Positions 8,778-18,346 of a DNA stretch of 64,000 nt are shown one piece after another. Numbering within the stretch: the stretch's first letter is position 1; every line of letters begins with the position of its first letter. The notes below the pieces were generated by a model. The model saw only the letters and a list, made by a program, of their open reading frames with translations. It ran no database searches and was not told where the DNA came from. Both the position numbers and the translations under genes were made by a program. This stretch comes from a virus: the UHGV virus genome UHGV-1351770; one strand, written 5' to 3'.

Positions 8778-9503
8778 TTATACATCGTGATTGACTTTGA
8801 GTATGACTCCCTTCGATGCCATGAAAAGGAATGTTGCTAGGTAAGATGACTCGGAATTTAGCGCAGAATAATCTACACTTCCTCTAGGTCTAGTTTCTTG
8901 TTTAGTGTCAAGAATTGTTGATATATCAAACTTAACAGACTTAGCAACTTTTCTAGCTTGTTCAGGATCACGTAAAATTTCAAAGTGAGCAGCATCTAGA
9001 ATAGGGTTAGATGTTGTTGAGTCGTCAACTATACTTAGATGAACCTGCGCAAGTGTAGATACGATTCCTAGCTTTAATTCAGATAGAGAAGAATAAGGTG
9101 GTTCCACTTTCTTTGTAAGTCTAGGGAGATGATCGTATTTACATTGCTTTTGAGGAATCATCAGAATATTTGGATAACATTCTAGACAAGCCTTTGCATT
9201 TCCTTCTTTAAAATACGGGAGTTCTTTATCTGCAAAGACGTGGAATGAATCTGCTGAGAATCCTTTAATAGTAGGATCAACAGTTTGAATTAAACGACGT
9301 AAACTAATATAAGAAGGTGCTAGAGTAACTTCTCCTGCATCTTTATTATACTTGGGTTGCCCACTAGCATTAAGGTATGCAGGATAGAACTCTGCACAAA
9401 ATGCTACTGCATGTGCCTCTAACTCATTAAGCTGAGAAACACATTTCCCATTACAAGCTCTAGCTAACTTAATAATCTCTGCTAAATTCTTTTTAATACT
9501 CAT
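8778..9503 (-). CDS. Hypothetical protein (241 aa), last gene of AT-rich coupled operon
   Basis: ORF, ATGA overlap with upstream gene; AT-rich codon usage distinct from core genes. Confidence 0.6.
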   Translation of the reverse strand: MSIKKNLAEIIKLARACNGKCVSQLNELEAHAVAFCAEFYPAYLNASGQPKYNKDAGEVTLAPSYISLRRLIQTVDPTIKGFSADSFHVFADKELPYFKEGNAKACLECYPNILMIPQKQCKYDHLPRLTKKVEPPYSSLSELKLGIVSTLAQVHLSIVDDSTTSNPILDAAHFEILRDPEQARKVAKSVKFDISTILDTKQETRPRGSVDYSALNSESSYLATFLFMASKGVILKVNHDV

Positions 9504-9988
9504 ATATCATCCGCCTGTCCACTAGCTGTTGCTGCTAATCTTCTTTCACGTTTCAAGATGCCGTTAATAATATCTTTCGCATCAGATTTATTTTTGGCTG
9601 TTCTCTTTATTAGGTCAAATAATACTCTCGGATTAGGAACCTCAAACTCTTCCTCTCCCAGACATATAGTATACTCTTTCAAATGTAATTGAGTATATTT
9701 AGTAAGTGGGAAAGACTCTAGTATTCCCGTACTATCAACAGGAATATGTTCTTTCATAGGAATCACTGCACATTTCTGTTCTTTTAAGAAATTCAGGAAA
9801 CCAATAGTTTGGACATCTTCTGAGTCATAAGAAACTTTGCTTATAGCTTCAATAAGCGTAATAGCTTCAGAAGTTAGTACAGATAGATAACGCCGTACAT
9901 TAGAACCATCAGTTATTTGTAGAAAGTAAACCGACGAGTCCTCCGTCGGTTCAAACAGTATATTAGCGAATTTAAATGCTTCTCTCAT
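9500..9988 (-). CDS. Hypothetical protein (162 aa)
   Basis: ORF, overlapping start/stop coupling. Confidence 0.6.
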   Translation of the reverse strand: MREAFKFANILFEPTEDSSVYFLQITDGSNVRRYLSVLTSEAITLIEAISKVSYDSEDVQTIGFLNFLKEQKCAVIPMKEHIPVDSTGILESFPLTKYTQLHLKEYTICLGEEEFEVPNPRVLFDLIKRTAKNKSDAKDIINGILKRERRLAATASGQADDI

Positions 9989-10602
9989 TAATTACCCCTC
10001 TTATCTTCATTAAGAGCAGCTCCCAACGCCTCCATAATAGCATCCTCTAAACTTCCATGTTGACTAGGATTATTAAAATGAATAGTACAAACAGAACTCC
10101 TAGAAACTCCAGCATCCGCAGGTGCTACGCTTCGCATATCAGATTCAAAAGCTTCTTGAGTATGCTTCAACTGTACAGAAGGGCCGTAATCTTCCACAAA
10201 CTTATATGACTGCGTACTACTTACCACACCCCCACAAGGAACATTGTGCATATCCGACATTAATCTTTTATCGGAGTTATTCAGCATTGAGATTGTCCCT
10301 GACTGCCACGGATCTCTAATAGTTACTGGAGTACTAGGGCGGTTCACCTCAGTCTTCACAAGTTTGTACCCTGCATCGATTAATGCGTTAATTAGATTAT
10401 CAGCTGGGATGCGAGCCTTGCCAAAAATCTTACGAGCATCTTCGAGCTTATCCTCAAGATCTTTACATGCTCTAAGGTCATTGTGTGCAAATGTTAGCTT
10501 CATAGATTTGAATTGTACAGTAGCAGTTAAATCTTTAAAGCTATAATCCCATGTGTTCAGTTCATGATCCGGTACTACTTGAATAGGTTGTTGTGTAAAC
10601 AT
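9988..10602 (-). CDS. Hypothetical protein (204 aa)
   Basis: ORF, 1-nt overlaps on both sides. Confidence 0.6.
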   Translation of the reverse strand: MFTQQPIQVVPDHELNTWDYSFKDLTATVQFKSMKLTFAHNDLRACKDLEDKLEDARKIFGKARIPADNLINALIDAGYKLVKTEVNRPSTPVTIRDPWQSGTISMLNNSDKRLMSDMHNVPCGGVVSSTQSYKFVEDYGPSVQLKHTQEAFESDMRSVAPADAGVSRSSVCTIHFNNPSQHGSLEDAIMEALGAALNEDKRGN

Positions 10603-10787
10603 TATTTATTCTCCAGTTTGTCTAACAGTTTATGGGCTGCTAGATTATATTGTTTAAGTTCACGATTAAGGATTTGGTTCTCACACTTTAACTCTAGATT
10701 CTTATTATTAAGAATATTGCAGATTAGTAGAAGTGCTAGTATTAGTAACAGAGAACCTACGAGCATTAAAAGAAAAAGAGTTTCCAT
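10602..10787 (-). CDS. Small N-terminal TM plus coiled-coil protein (61 aa)
   Basis: ORF; hydrophobic N-terminus then heptad-like region. Confidence 0.45.
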   Translation of the reverse strand: METLFLLMLVGSLLLILALLLICNILNNKNLELKCENQILNRELKQYNLAAHKLLDKLENK

Positions 10788-11032
10788 TATTTAATTCCCA
10801 TGTAACGTTTGAGATATATGATGAAGTCTTCTGCTGTATGCTCTGCGCTACCTTGAGCTACGAATAGCTTGAGAGCTTCACGTTGTAATTTAAGAGCAGC
10901 CAACTCACCACGTAATTTTACTAGATCTTCTGCTAGTTCTCTAGCTCTACGCATAATAGCAAAAGATACAAGTACTACGATGAATAACATAACTACTAAA
11001 ATAATTGCTATGATTTCCATATTAACATCCAA
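10787..11032 (-). CDS. Small N-terminal TM plus coiled-coil protein (81 aa)
   Basis: ORF; same architecture as neighbour. Confidence 0.45.
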   Translation of the reverse strand: MDVNMEIIAIILVVMLFIVVLVSFAIMRRARELAEDLVKLRGELAALKLQREALKLFVAQGSAEHTAEDFIIYLKRYMGIK

Positions 11033-11298
11033 CTTTTATCACACATTTGGGCATGCTCTATCAATTCATTTATTGATATACTGGCATCATAAATACTCTC
11101 TAGTATATACCTTCTGTCAAATTCGTCAACCAAATATTCTACGTTATTTATTACTACTTTATACAGATCTGGGACTAGTGAGCATGTATTTGGTATGGGG
11201 CGACTGCTTAAGTCTATTTCATTATAGCCCCACGTTGTTTTAAATAGTTTGTTACTAAGTGCTGCTAATGGGTTTGACCATATAATATAGCTACTCAC
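11008..11298 (-). CDS. Hypothetical protein (96 aa)
   Basis: ORF. Confidence 0.4.
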   Translation of the reverse strand: MSSYIIWSNPLAALSNKLFKTTWGYNEIDLSSRPIPNTCSLVPDLYKVVINNVEYLVDEFDRRYILESIYDASISINELIEHAQMCDKSWMLIWKS

Positions 11299-11782
11299 TA
11301 TTTATCTCCATTCTTAACTTTGAAAACTTATTATACCAAACTATATGATTATCGTCAATTACAAATTTATGATAACATGCTGGCACGGTATAATTTCCAT
11401 AATCCGTGACACGCTGCACAACCTTGTGTGCACACAGTCGACAACCATGCCCTTCTAAATGAGATCTAGCAGTTTGCCAATAATACCCTTCATGATCTGG
11501 ACAATAAATCTCGACTTGCTGTTGCATTGTTTTGTAATTTACACGCTCATACCCGAAGAAAGCTCCATGAACTGCAACAGCTTTCTTGATGAATATAAGA
11601 TTTAGTGCTTCTTGTTGAAAGTCGGGATGTAGCTGCTTAATCTTAGTTCTATTAATAGATCCATCAGATTTGATAAACCTATTTATTGGGAAGTTATTAG
11701 CTTCCTCAATTAATAATTCATTTACTTTTTCTCTCATATTAGATATTCTCACAGCTAAGGTAGAAACATTCGTAAGCATCAC
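11291..11782 (-). CDS. Hypothetical protein with Cys/His cluster (CPDH..HLEGHGCRLCAH), possible zinc-binding nuclease-like fold
   Basis: ORF; motif seen in translation; function inferred weakly. Confidence 0.4.
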   Translation of the reverse strand: MMLTNVSTLAVRISNMREKVNELLIEEANNFPINRFIKSDGSINRTKIKQLHPDFQQEALNLIFIKKAVAVHGAFFGYERVNYKTMQQQVEIYCPDHEGYYWQTARSHLEGHGCRLCAHKVVQRVTDYGNYTVPACYHKFVIDDNHIVWYNKFSKLRMEINSE

Positions 11783-11963
11783 CAGTAAACTCTTTATCTT
11801 GTATTATACACTTAGCCTGGTCTTCTGGTACTCCGGCATCTAATAATTGTTGTTTACTTGGCTTTTCAGCGAATACCTTTACAAAATATTCACCATCCTG
11901 ATTATACTCATTTATATCTCTAGTAAGGACATATACTTGCATTTGAAATTCCTTGAAACACAA
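11739..11963 (-). CDS. Hypothetical protein (74 aa)
   Basis: ORF. Confidence 0.4.
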   Translation of the reverse strand: MCFKEFQMQVYVLTRDINEYNQDGEYFVKVFAEKPSKQQLLDAGVPEDQAKCIIQDKEFTGDAYECFYLSCENI

Positions 11964-11990
11964 AAGGCCAGAACAATTAAGTCCTGGCCT
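11950..11990 (-). terminator. Rho-independent terminator on minus strand (AGGCCAG..CTGGCCT hairpin followed by TTTTGTGTTT in transcript)
   Basis: Seen in sequence. Confidence 0.6.
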
Positions 11991-11996
11991 CTAGAA

Positions 11997-12368
11997 TTAA
12001 TGAAGTTGTTTACCACTTCTTAAAATAGTGGCCGTTTCCATAAGATTTAATGTTGTATCACGCTTTTTGATTTGTTTGTCAAGTTCATCTGTACGTTTAC
12101 CAATGTAAGCGTTAATAGCCATATTCATAGCTGAGGCGAGATCTTCTTTGGTTATCTCTTCGTTATCTAAAGCTAATTTAGCTAAAGAATCGAAAGTACT
12201 AGAAAGTCCTATAAGATCTGAGGTTTCACTGGCCAAAATAGGGTTAACATTATCTATTGTTACTTCTAACATAGAGTTAACAATATCTTCTCCGTCTACT
12301 AGACCAGATTCAATATTACTCTCCCATTCCTTCATCTGCTCCAGCAATGGATTTTTCTTTTCTGTCAT
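11997..12368 (-). CDS. Hypothetical acidic protein (123 aa from internal start)
   Basis: ORF; start moved to ATG with AGGAAA RBS to reduce overlap with upstream gene. Confidence 0.45.
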   Translation of the reverse strand: MTEKKNPLLEQMKEWESNIESGLVDGEDIVNSMLEVTIDNVNPILASETSDLIGLSSTFDSLAKLALDNEEITKEDLASAMNMAINAYIGKRTDELDKQIKKRDTTLNLMETATILRSGKQLH

Positions 12369-12777
12369 GGTAGAGGTTTCCTGTGTCAGTTGGTAAGAAG
12401 GATGATTGCGTTTTAGGTGGATGTTGTTTAGCAATCCAGTTAAGAATCAGCACACGACTAGGAACAATATCGGTATTATACCAAAAATCATGAACCCATT
12501 GACGAGCATCTTCAAACTTACCAAATTTATATGCTTTCTTAAACAATTTAAATCCAAAACAATCTGGTGCAAAGTCTACTTCACGATACTGAATTACTTT
12601 AGAACCAGTTAGGTCTTGGATCGCTGCATTAATTTCTGTATGAGAGAATTTTGTTTCGTGAAACTTATTAAAGAATCGGTAGTTGAAGCGTCCGTTCGTT
12701 TCGACAAATAACTGGATAAAGAGATCGTTAAATTGGTTATCAAACCAGTAATTCTGTAGTTGTTGTAGTGCTGTCAT
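12316..12777 (-). CDS. Hypothetical protein (153 aa)
   Basis: ORF. Confidence 0.5.
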   Translation of the reverse strand: MTALQQLQNYWFDNQFNDLFIQLFVETNGRFNYRFFNKFHETKFSHTEINAAIQDLTGSKVIQYREVDFAPDCFGFKLFKKAYKFGKFEDARQWVHDFWYNTDIVPSRVLILNWIAKQHPPKTQSSFLPTDTGNLYHDRKEKSIAGADEGMGE

Positions 12778-12974
12778 TTACGAACTCCGTTAATTGCCAC
12801 GATGATGCCTTCGTACATAAAAGGAAGTAGTTCAGAAGTGTAGAAGATATTTTCCGTTATTCCTAGATGTCGAAAAAGTATACTAAATAACGCTGTTAGA
12901 AATACAATCTGAGGCAGTAATACAAAATACTCAGTTACAATCTTTGGTGCCTGATAAACAAGACGTTTTATCAT
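12774..12974 (-). CDS. Small membrane protein (66 aa)
   Basis: ORF, hydrophobic. Confidence 0.4.
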   Translation of the reverse strand: MIKRLVYQAPKIVTEYFVLLPQIVFLTALFSILFRHLGITENIFYTSELLPFMYEGIIVAINGVRK

Positions 12975-13073
12975 TGTTTTTAAGTCTCCTTATTACTTTG
13001 GCCTGCTCCACAATAATAAAAACTGCAAGCACTAATAGTGCTATTAGCCCAGCAGTAATTGGTACTAAATCAA

Positions 13074-13400
13074 TCATGGGAGACGCCATACGTAATTAGC
13101 TGTCTGTAGAGCCTTAGCAGTATCATCATGGTACATTACTACAGACTTTGGTGAATAGCTATCAGCTAGTTCTTTACGAATCATTTCACACTCTTCACCA
13201 GTATCAATATTTTTAACTATCACTTTCATATTAAGAGGTGTTAATACAGAAAGTGGTTTCCAGGAGTCCTCAATTTCAATCCCTACCTTTTTCTCAATTA
13301 TCCTGAGAACTTCTAATGTATCATCTGGAATACTAATATTATTATTCACAAACTGTAATATCTCATGTAAGGTATTTAATTCATTAAAATTAAGCTTCAT
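13074..13400 (-). CDS. Hypothetical protein (108 aa)
   Basis: ORF. Confidence 0.45.
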   Translation of the reverse strand: MKLNFNELNTLHEILQFVNNNISIPDDTLEVLRIIEKKVGIEIEDSWKPLSVLTPLNMKVIVKNIDTGEECEMIRKELADSYSPKSVVMYHDDTAKALQTANYVWRLP

Positions 13401-13635
13401 CTTTAAGAATATCCTCTACCATATCACAAGACTGTTGCAATTCATCCGCAATTCGTTTAATATCGGTTTTTGTTACTTTACCAACTAACATCACCAGTAA
13501 CATAGAAAAGATAATAAGTGGAACTGGAATAACAAATAAAGCTACCCTAACAATATTCTTTGGTGCCCATGTGTGGTACTTAGTAACCAGTACACCAACC
13601 ACAATTAGATAAAACGCTAGAATAAACATCATCAT
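13390..13635 (-). CDS. Small membrane protein (81 aa, two TM)
   Basis: ORF. Confidence 0.45.
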   Translation of the reverse strand: MMMFILAFYLIVVGVLVTKYHTWAPKNIVRVALFVIPVPLIIFSMLLVMLVGKVTKTDIKRIADELQQSCDMVEDILKDEA

Positions 13636-13913
13636 TTTTTAATCTCCGTAATTATCTGTGCACGCATTACTTTATTAGGTAATTTTGTATTCCCAGCTAT
13701 TGCTTCAATATTGTTTAGTTTTTCTTTTAGAATATCTGAGCGTCTTTGTGCTAGTTCAATATCTTGTTCTTGTTCTATTAAGCGGCAGTGAAGTCCACTA
13801 TTAGTAGTAAGCATACTCTCTATATTTTTTCGCATGCTTACAATACCAATAATCCCACCAATCGCTGCTAGTGTCATAAGAACTAGTAGTCCAATGAGAA
13901 TTTCAGTTAACAT
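13632..13913 (-). CDS. N-terminal TM plus coiled-coil protein (93 aa)
   Basis: ORF. Confidence 0.45.
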   Translation of the reverse strand: MLTEILIGLLVLMTLAAIGGIIGIVSMRKNIESMLTTNSGLHCRLIEQEQDIELAQRRSDILKEKLNNIEAIAGNTKLPNKVMRAQIITEIKK

Positions 13914-14074
13914 TAAATACTCCTACATTTTTCATTATCCGGGACTAATTTACACATTTCTACTTTCAGTTCTTTTGCTGAGTTTTCTAGTTTAGAAACT
14001 TTATTGTGAATAAGTCCCAAAAATATCGCTTGGAAAACTACCATTATTGCTACTAATGCTAGTTTATTCTCCAT
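13913..14074 (-). CDS. Small TM plus coiled-coil protein (53 aa)
   Basis: ORF below track cutoff found by manual translation; start/stop coupled to neighbours. Confidence 0.35.
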   Translation of the reverse strand: MENKLALVAIMVVFQAIFLGLIHNKVSKLENSAKELKVEMCKLVPDNEKCRSI

Positions 14075-14325
14075 TATTTCTTACCTTTCAGTTGCTTAAC
14101 TTCACGCTCAAAAGATGCTGCACGACGTTCAGCAGTTGCTTGATGCTCCTTCGCAAAACGTGCTTCCTGTTTTGCAAGGTTGAACGCCATAGCATTCTTA
14201 TTCAGAGAATCATACATCTTTTTCATTGCCGGAATAGACATCTTCATGAGCTGACCCTCAAAACCCTGCATGTCGAGGAGAATTGCCAGAACGTTAGCCA
14301 TTTCATTTTTAGTCATGTTTTCCAT
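14074..14325 (-). CDS. Hypothetical protein (83 aa)
   Basis: ORF; start set at MENMTK after conserved leader ATAAATTAATGAGAGAGG. Confidence 0.45.
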   Translation of the reverse strand: MENMTKNEMANVLAILLDMQGFEGQLMKMSIPAMKKMYDSLNKNAMAFNLAKQEARFAKEHQATAERRAASFEREVKQLKGKK

Positions 14326-14403
14326 TAGAATTTCCTCTCTCATTAATTTATAAATTTATTATACAGAATTTTAAGGCTTAAAGCAACTGAATTTTTTAAT
14401 TAC

Positions 14404-14835
14404 TTACCAATCGTTAACAACTCCGGAGAACTCGGAAGCAAAAACTTTTTCAAATTTCTCTGCAATTTCAGGATGATCTTTACAGATCAGCTCAATACAG
14501 GCTTCTGGAGTCATTCCTTCATCTTCAGGATCACCATAGTATTTATCCCAAAGATCATCAGGAATGATATGCTCCGCCAAATCTTGGAAAGAGATTAACT
14601 GATAACGTTCTGCCTCCTCAGCGATAAGAATTTCGCACAGATCTTTATCTATATCGCTACGATAATCCGCAATTAATAGGGCATTGCAAGCATGACATTC
14701 CCAGACCATCAAACGTTCAGAGATGGGGTTAGACTTATCCTGAACGTAAGACTGGAACAAGGTTCGGAAAGTTGCCTTAACTTGTTCAAACTTATCTGCT
14801 GCTGCGAAAACTAGAGCTTTATCAACTTTGTTCAT
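14404..14835 (-). CDS. Hypothetical acidic protein (143 aa)
   Basis: ORF preceded by conserved promoter/leader module. Confidence 0.5.
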   Translation of the reverse strand: MNKVDKALVFAAADKFEQVKATFRTLFQSYVQDKSNPISERLMVWECHACNALLIADYRSDIDKDLCEILIAEEAERYQLISFQDLAEHIIPDDLWDKYYGDPEDEGMTPEACIELICKDHPEIAEKFEKVFASEFSGVVNDW

Positions 14836-14865
14836 TTTGATTCCTTCTCATCAATTTATAAAGTA

Positions 14866-14894
14866 ATTATACAGAAACTTAAGCATTTTAGCAA
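14866..14894 (-). promoter_or_regulatory. Sigma70-type early promoter (minus strand): -35 TTGCTA, 17-bp spacer, -10 TATAAT
   Basis: Seen in sequence; followed by leader ATAAATTGATGAGAAGGAATC before ATG. Confidence 0.65.
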
Positions 14895-15002
14895 ATAAAA
14901 CTTTTAATTAAAATGCCTAATCCTGTGCCAATAGCAATACAAATGATTATAAGTATTGCTATCGCTTGTATGATTCGTTTAATAATAGCCTCAGCTATAT
15001 AC

Positions 15003-15593
15003 TCAGACATTTATATCACCACGTAATACAGCAGCTACATCCTCCCCTATTTGTAATACCTCTCCGGTAGTACAATTAACTACTCTATCATAGCTAGTAA
15101 ACTTACCAGACACAATATCCTCTAGTGGAATCGGAGTTTTACTCATTTCAAATGAGACATTGATATAACGTGGATCACGTAAAGAAATAGTATGTACGTG
15201 TCCGTGAATATTTAGTTTGCCACGAAGCTCATTAGGGTGCAAAGGGCAGTGGGATAGCCAAAACTTTTTGCCACCTCCAGTCTGTTTACCTAGAGCCTGA
15301 ATATCGTCATAAACTTCCACTAAGTCCTTGATGCTCAGTCCTTGACGTTCCGCATCATGATTACCCATAATAAGTTGATTAGGAACATTGTGGATAACCG
15401 ACTTTAATTTGGCCAGACCTTCACGACCTACTGCAATATCTCCTAGCAAAATAAGTTTTGTTCGTTTACCAATATGCTTGGACAAAGTGTCTAGAATATA
15501 CTCATCGTGCTCTTTTATGTTCTTAAACCACGGACGAAAACGTAGTGCTCCAGGGTGGTCTAGGTGCAAGTCTGACCAGAATTTAACTTTCAT
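15003..15593 (-). CDS. Calcineurin-like metallophosphoesterase (motifs DLHLDH, GDI..R, GNHD)
   Basis: Motifs seen in translation. Confidence 0.6.
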   Translation of the reverse strand: MKVKFWSDLHLDHPGALRFRPWFKNIKEHDEYILDTLSKHIGKRTKLILLGDIAVGREGLAKLKSVIHNVPNQLIMGNHDAERQGLSIKDLVEVYDDIQALGKQTGGGKKFWLSHCPLHPNELRGKLNIHGHVHTISLRDPRYINVSFEMSKTPIPLEDIVSGKFTSYDRVVNCTTGEVLQIGEDVAAVLRGDINV

Positions 15594-15882
15594 TACTCTT
15601 TTCCTTATTCTGTATTAAACTATCAACCCAAGAAGTTAACACTTTGGTTTTAAATTCTTCGGGAGTCTCTCCTTCCTTAATGTCTACCTCATTAAGGTAG
15701 GTAGTAAGCCTTGTTTCTATCTCTATCTCAGCAGGAGAATGAAAACAAAAGTTAACTGTTATCCCAGAATATATTACTCCGGTATCCCCTTTGACGAAAG
15801 CATTAACTAATGCCCTCCAACGAAGGGCATCAATACGCATTGCTCGTAATTCTTCTCGTACTTCTTTCATTCTATCATTCAT
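15583..15882 (-). CDS. Hypothetical protein (99 aa)
   Basis: ORF. Confidence 0.45.
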   Translation of the reverse strand: MNDRMKEVREELRAMRIDALRWRALVNAFVKGDTGVIYSGITVNFCFHSPAEIEIETRLTTYLNEVDIKEGETPEEFKTKVLTSWVDSLIQNKEKSNES

Positions 15883-16757
15883 TAAAGAATCCTCTGTACA
15901 CCGCAGCTATCTTCCCGGAGTGTAGTAAATGTGGTGATTTTGCCCGTTTCATCGTTAACTTGCGCAACCGTCAACTGCCCGTTGAAAACACCGCCAGTAT
16001 CAAGATAAACACGGTTTTTATAAAGAAGTGGGTAAGGAACCCCAGTATGTCCGTGAAATACGAAATCTACCCCTTTAACCTCTGGCACTTCTACCGTGTA
16101 TTTTTCTTTAAATCCTGCGTAACGCTGGAAATACGGGTGTTCTTCACCATTTTTGGACAAGTGGAAGCCTATTTCTTGGATTACATCTCGATCCCATAAA
16201 TATGGCTCAACATGGTATCCAGGATGGTCATGTGGGTCTTCCTTAGCTGCTTCTACTTGTGCAATAAGATTATCCCATACTGGGGTTTCTACTTCATTAC
16301 CACATTCTTTGTATGTAAAAGGTACACCACCGTGAACAACACCATACTTCTTACCACGATGTCTAACAGTTAGGAATACTGGCATTTTTTCAGCCATATC
16401 TTCAGCAATATTTTTAATGGTGTCTGCATCCAGCTCATTCATGGCCCACATACCACCATTATACATCCAATTAGCCCAATCTCCTACAATCATAAATTGG
16501 TCATGATTACCACGGACACTAATAAAACGTGGATTATACAGGAATTTGGCTAAAACTTGTAAGTTTTGTGTGCCTCGGTCAATTAAGTCACCAACACATA
16601 CTACACAATCTTTTTTGCTATTATACCCAGCTAATTTCAACGCATCTTCTAGTAAATCGTTGCATCCATGAATATCACCAACGAAAAACAGGTTGGCGTC
16701 ATCCGGCACTACTAGAGTTTTATGTACATTAAATTCTTTTTTCATAATTATTCCCAA
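15882..16757 (-). CDS. Ser/Thr protein phosphatase (PPP family; GDIHG, GDLIDRG, GNHD motifs)
   Basis: Motifs seen in translation; T5 is known to encode a Ser/Thr phosphatase in this region. Confidence 0.7.
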   Translation of the reverse strand: MGIIMKKEFNVHKTLVVPDDANLFFVGDIHGCNDLLEDALKLAGYNSKKDCVVCVGDLIDRGTQNLQVLAKFLYNPRFISVRGNHDQFMIVGDWANWMYNGGMWAMNELDADTIKNIAEDMAEKMPVFLTVRHRGKKYGVVHGGVPFTYKECGNEVETPVWDNLIAQVEAAKEDPHDHPGYHVEPYLWDRDVIQEIGFHLSKNGEEHPYFQRYAGFKEKYTVEVPEVKGVDFVFHGHTGVPYPLLYKNRVYLDTGGVFNGQLTVAQVNDETGKITTFTTLREDSCGVQRIL

Positions 16758-16993
16758 ATAACAGTTAAAATAGTTGTGCCATAATCATTAGATAGTTGGA
16801 GAGTATAACCCTCTTTATAGAGGGCTTTTATAGCTTCATAACTAATTTCATCACGATTAAACTGTACAAAAGAACCCCCAATCTCCACAGAAGAAACTAT
16901 TCTCTTTTTAACGTATTTATATGGTTTCTTTCTACTCTTAAGGAGTGTAGCCCTATTTATCCTGGCTAAACGTTTTGCTTGTTCCGCTAACAT
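16748..16993 (-). CDS. Hypothetical protein (81 aa)
   Basis: ORF. Confidence 0.4.
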   Translation of the reverse strand: MLAEQAKRLARINRATLLKSRKKPYKYVKKRIVSSVEIGGSFVQFNRDEISYEAIKALYKEGYTLQLSNDYGTTILTVIWE

Positions 16994-16997
16994 TTAA

Positions 16998-17432
16998 TTA
17001 TCTCCAGTGGTTAGTATGCTTCTCAGCTTCCTCATCGTTAGGCTCAAAGACAACATGGCAGTCAACCGCTTCCCAAAAAGCCTCACGGATTAAAGAGTTT
17101 TTAGCTGAAATATCTAATTCTCCCCACTCTTCTAAAGTCTCTAGGTCTGTATCAACTTCGGTATCACAGCCAACCAGCCCCAAAGAAACAACAATAGTAA
17201 CGCGATCTTCACGTTGTTCGGGATAAACATCAGCATATTCCCAAGCAGCTTCTTCAACATAATATTGTTGTTCCTTTTCTGGGAGTGACTTATACTTTTC
17301 TTCTGTAATACCCATCTCAACGGCGCGGGTGCCACAAACTACATTGTTATTAATAATTAGATATGCATAGTTCATCGTAATATTCCTGTTTCTTGAAGGG
17401 CAAAGAAAGCCATTAATATGACTAAAATCCAT
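16998..17432 (-). CDS. Hypothetical acidic protein (144 aa)
   Basis: ORF. Confidence 0.45.
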   Translation of the reverse strand: MDFSHINGFLCPSRNRNITMNYAYLIINNNVVCGTRAVEMGITEEKYKSLPEKEQQYYVEEAAWEYADVYPEQREDRVTIVVSLGLVGCDTEVDTDLETLEEWGELDISAKNSLIREAFWEAVDCHVVFEPNDEEAEKHTNHWR

Positions 17433-17556
17433 ACAAAGATATGTGACATAATCATATTAATGTCTCTCTCATCAATTTATATAAGTATTATACCAAAATT
17501 TTTAGCAAAAAGCAAGTAAAATAAAAGCCTGATCCGCTAAGATCAGGCTTTGTTTA

Positions 17557-17847
17557 TTAGTCCTCTGGATTATCATCCAGGAAATTTTTAATAGCTTCGT
17601 GCATAGTTTCTTTACGAAGCTGACGTCCAATCAAAATATGATTAGCTTCTACTCGACCATTAGGTAAGCGATCTGCCAGAACTACTACAGGAACAGCCCT
17701 TACTCCGAACTTCTGCATTAATTCTGTATTATCAGTCTCTTTATGGACTTCCAAATTATATTCATTGACTACTTTATCAAATACTGGCTCGAAAAGTTTA
17801 CACGGGTTACAGGTGGAACCTTTTAATAGATAGACTAATTTAGACAT
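17557..17847 (-). CDS. Thioredoxin/glutaredoxin-like protein (CNPC redox motif)
   Basis: CxxC motif plus thioredoxin-fold-like hydrophobic pattern; start set at MSKLVYLL with AAAGGAAA RBS. Confidence 0.45.
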   Translation of the reverse strand: MSKLVYLLKGSTCNPCKLFEPVFDKVVNEYNLEVHKETDNTELMQKFGVRAVPVVVLADRLPNGRVEANHILIGRQLRKETMHEAIKNFLDDNPED

Positions 17848-18346
17848 TTTTATTTCCTTTGCTGGCAAACTCACCGTGGAGTTCTTCTAGTTTTTCATCT
17901 CTCCATGCAATTGCTTCTTCCAAAGAACTGCACGTTTTCATATAATTGATTCCTGCCCTAGAGATTTTTACTCTAAAAGACTTCCCTCTTTGAGATATAT
18001 TTTTTAATCCCAATAGGTTATTTTTATTAGCCGATTTCCTATTAAAAGCATTTTGAGCTTTTGTAGCTTCTCTTAAGTTACCAATACGGTTGTTTAGCGT
18101 ATTGGTATCATCATGATCTACTATATCAGGTAAATAGCCTTTGTGCATAAAGAAGATTGCTCTATGCGCAAGTATTCGTTCTCCATCAATAGAGAGCATT
18201 AGATAGCCATCAGCATTAATAGACCCAGCAGGCATATTGTTAAGGCTAGTATTCCAACCTCTTGTACCTTCCGGTCTAGGTTTCCAGGTTAGAGTACCAT
18301 CTTCGTGATACTCTAGTACCTCTAATAATCTTTCCCTAGTAATCAC
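17840..18346 (-). CDS. HNH homing endonuclease (HNH_3-type motif VDHDDTNTLNNRIGNLR) with C-terminal AP2-like DNA-binding domain
   Basis: Motif seen in translation. Confidence 0.65.
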   Translation of the reverse strand: MITRERLLEVLEYHEDGTLTWKPRPEGTRGWNTSLNNMPAGSINADGYLMLSIDGERILAHRAIFFMHKGYLPDIVDHDDTNTLNNRIGNLREATKAQNAFNRKSANKNNLLGLKNISQRGKSFRVKISRAGINYMKTCSSLEEAIAWRDEKLEELHGEFASKGNKNV

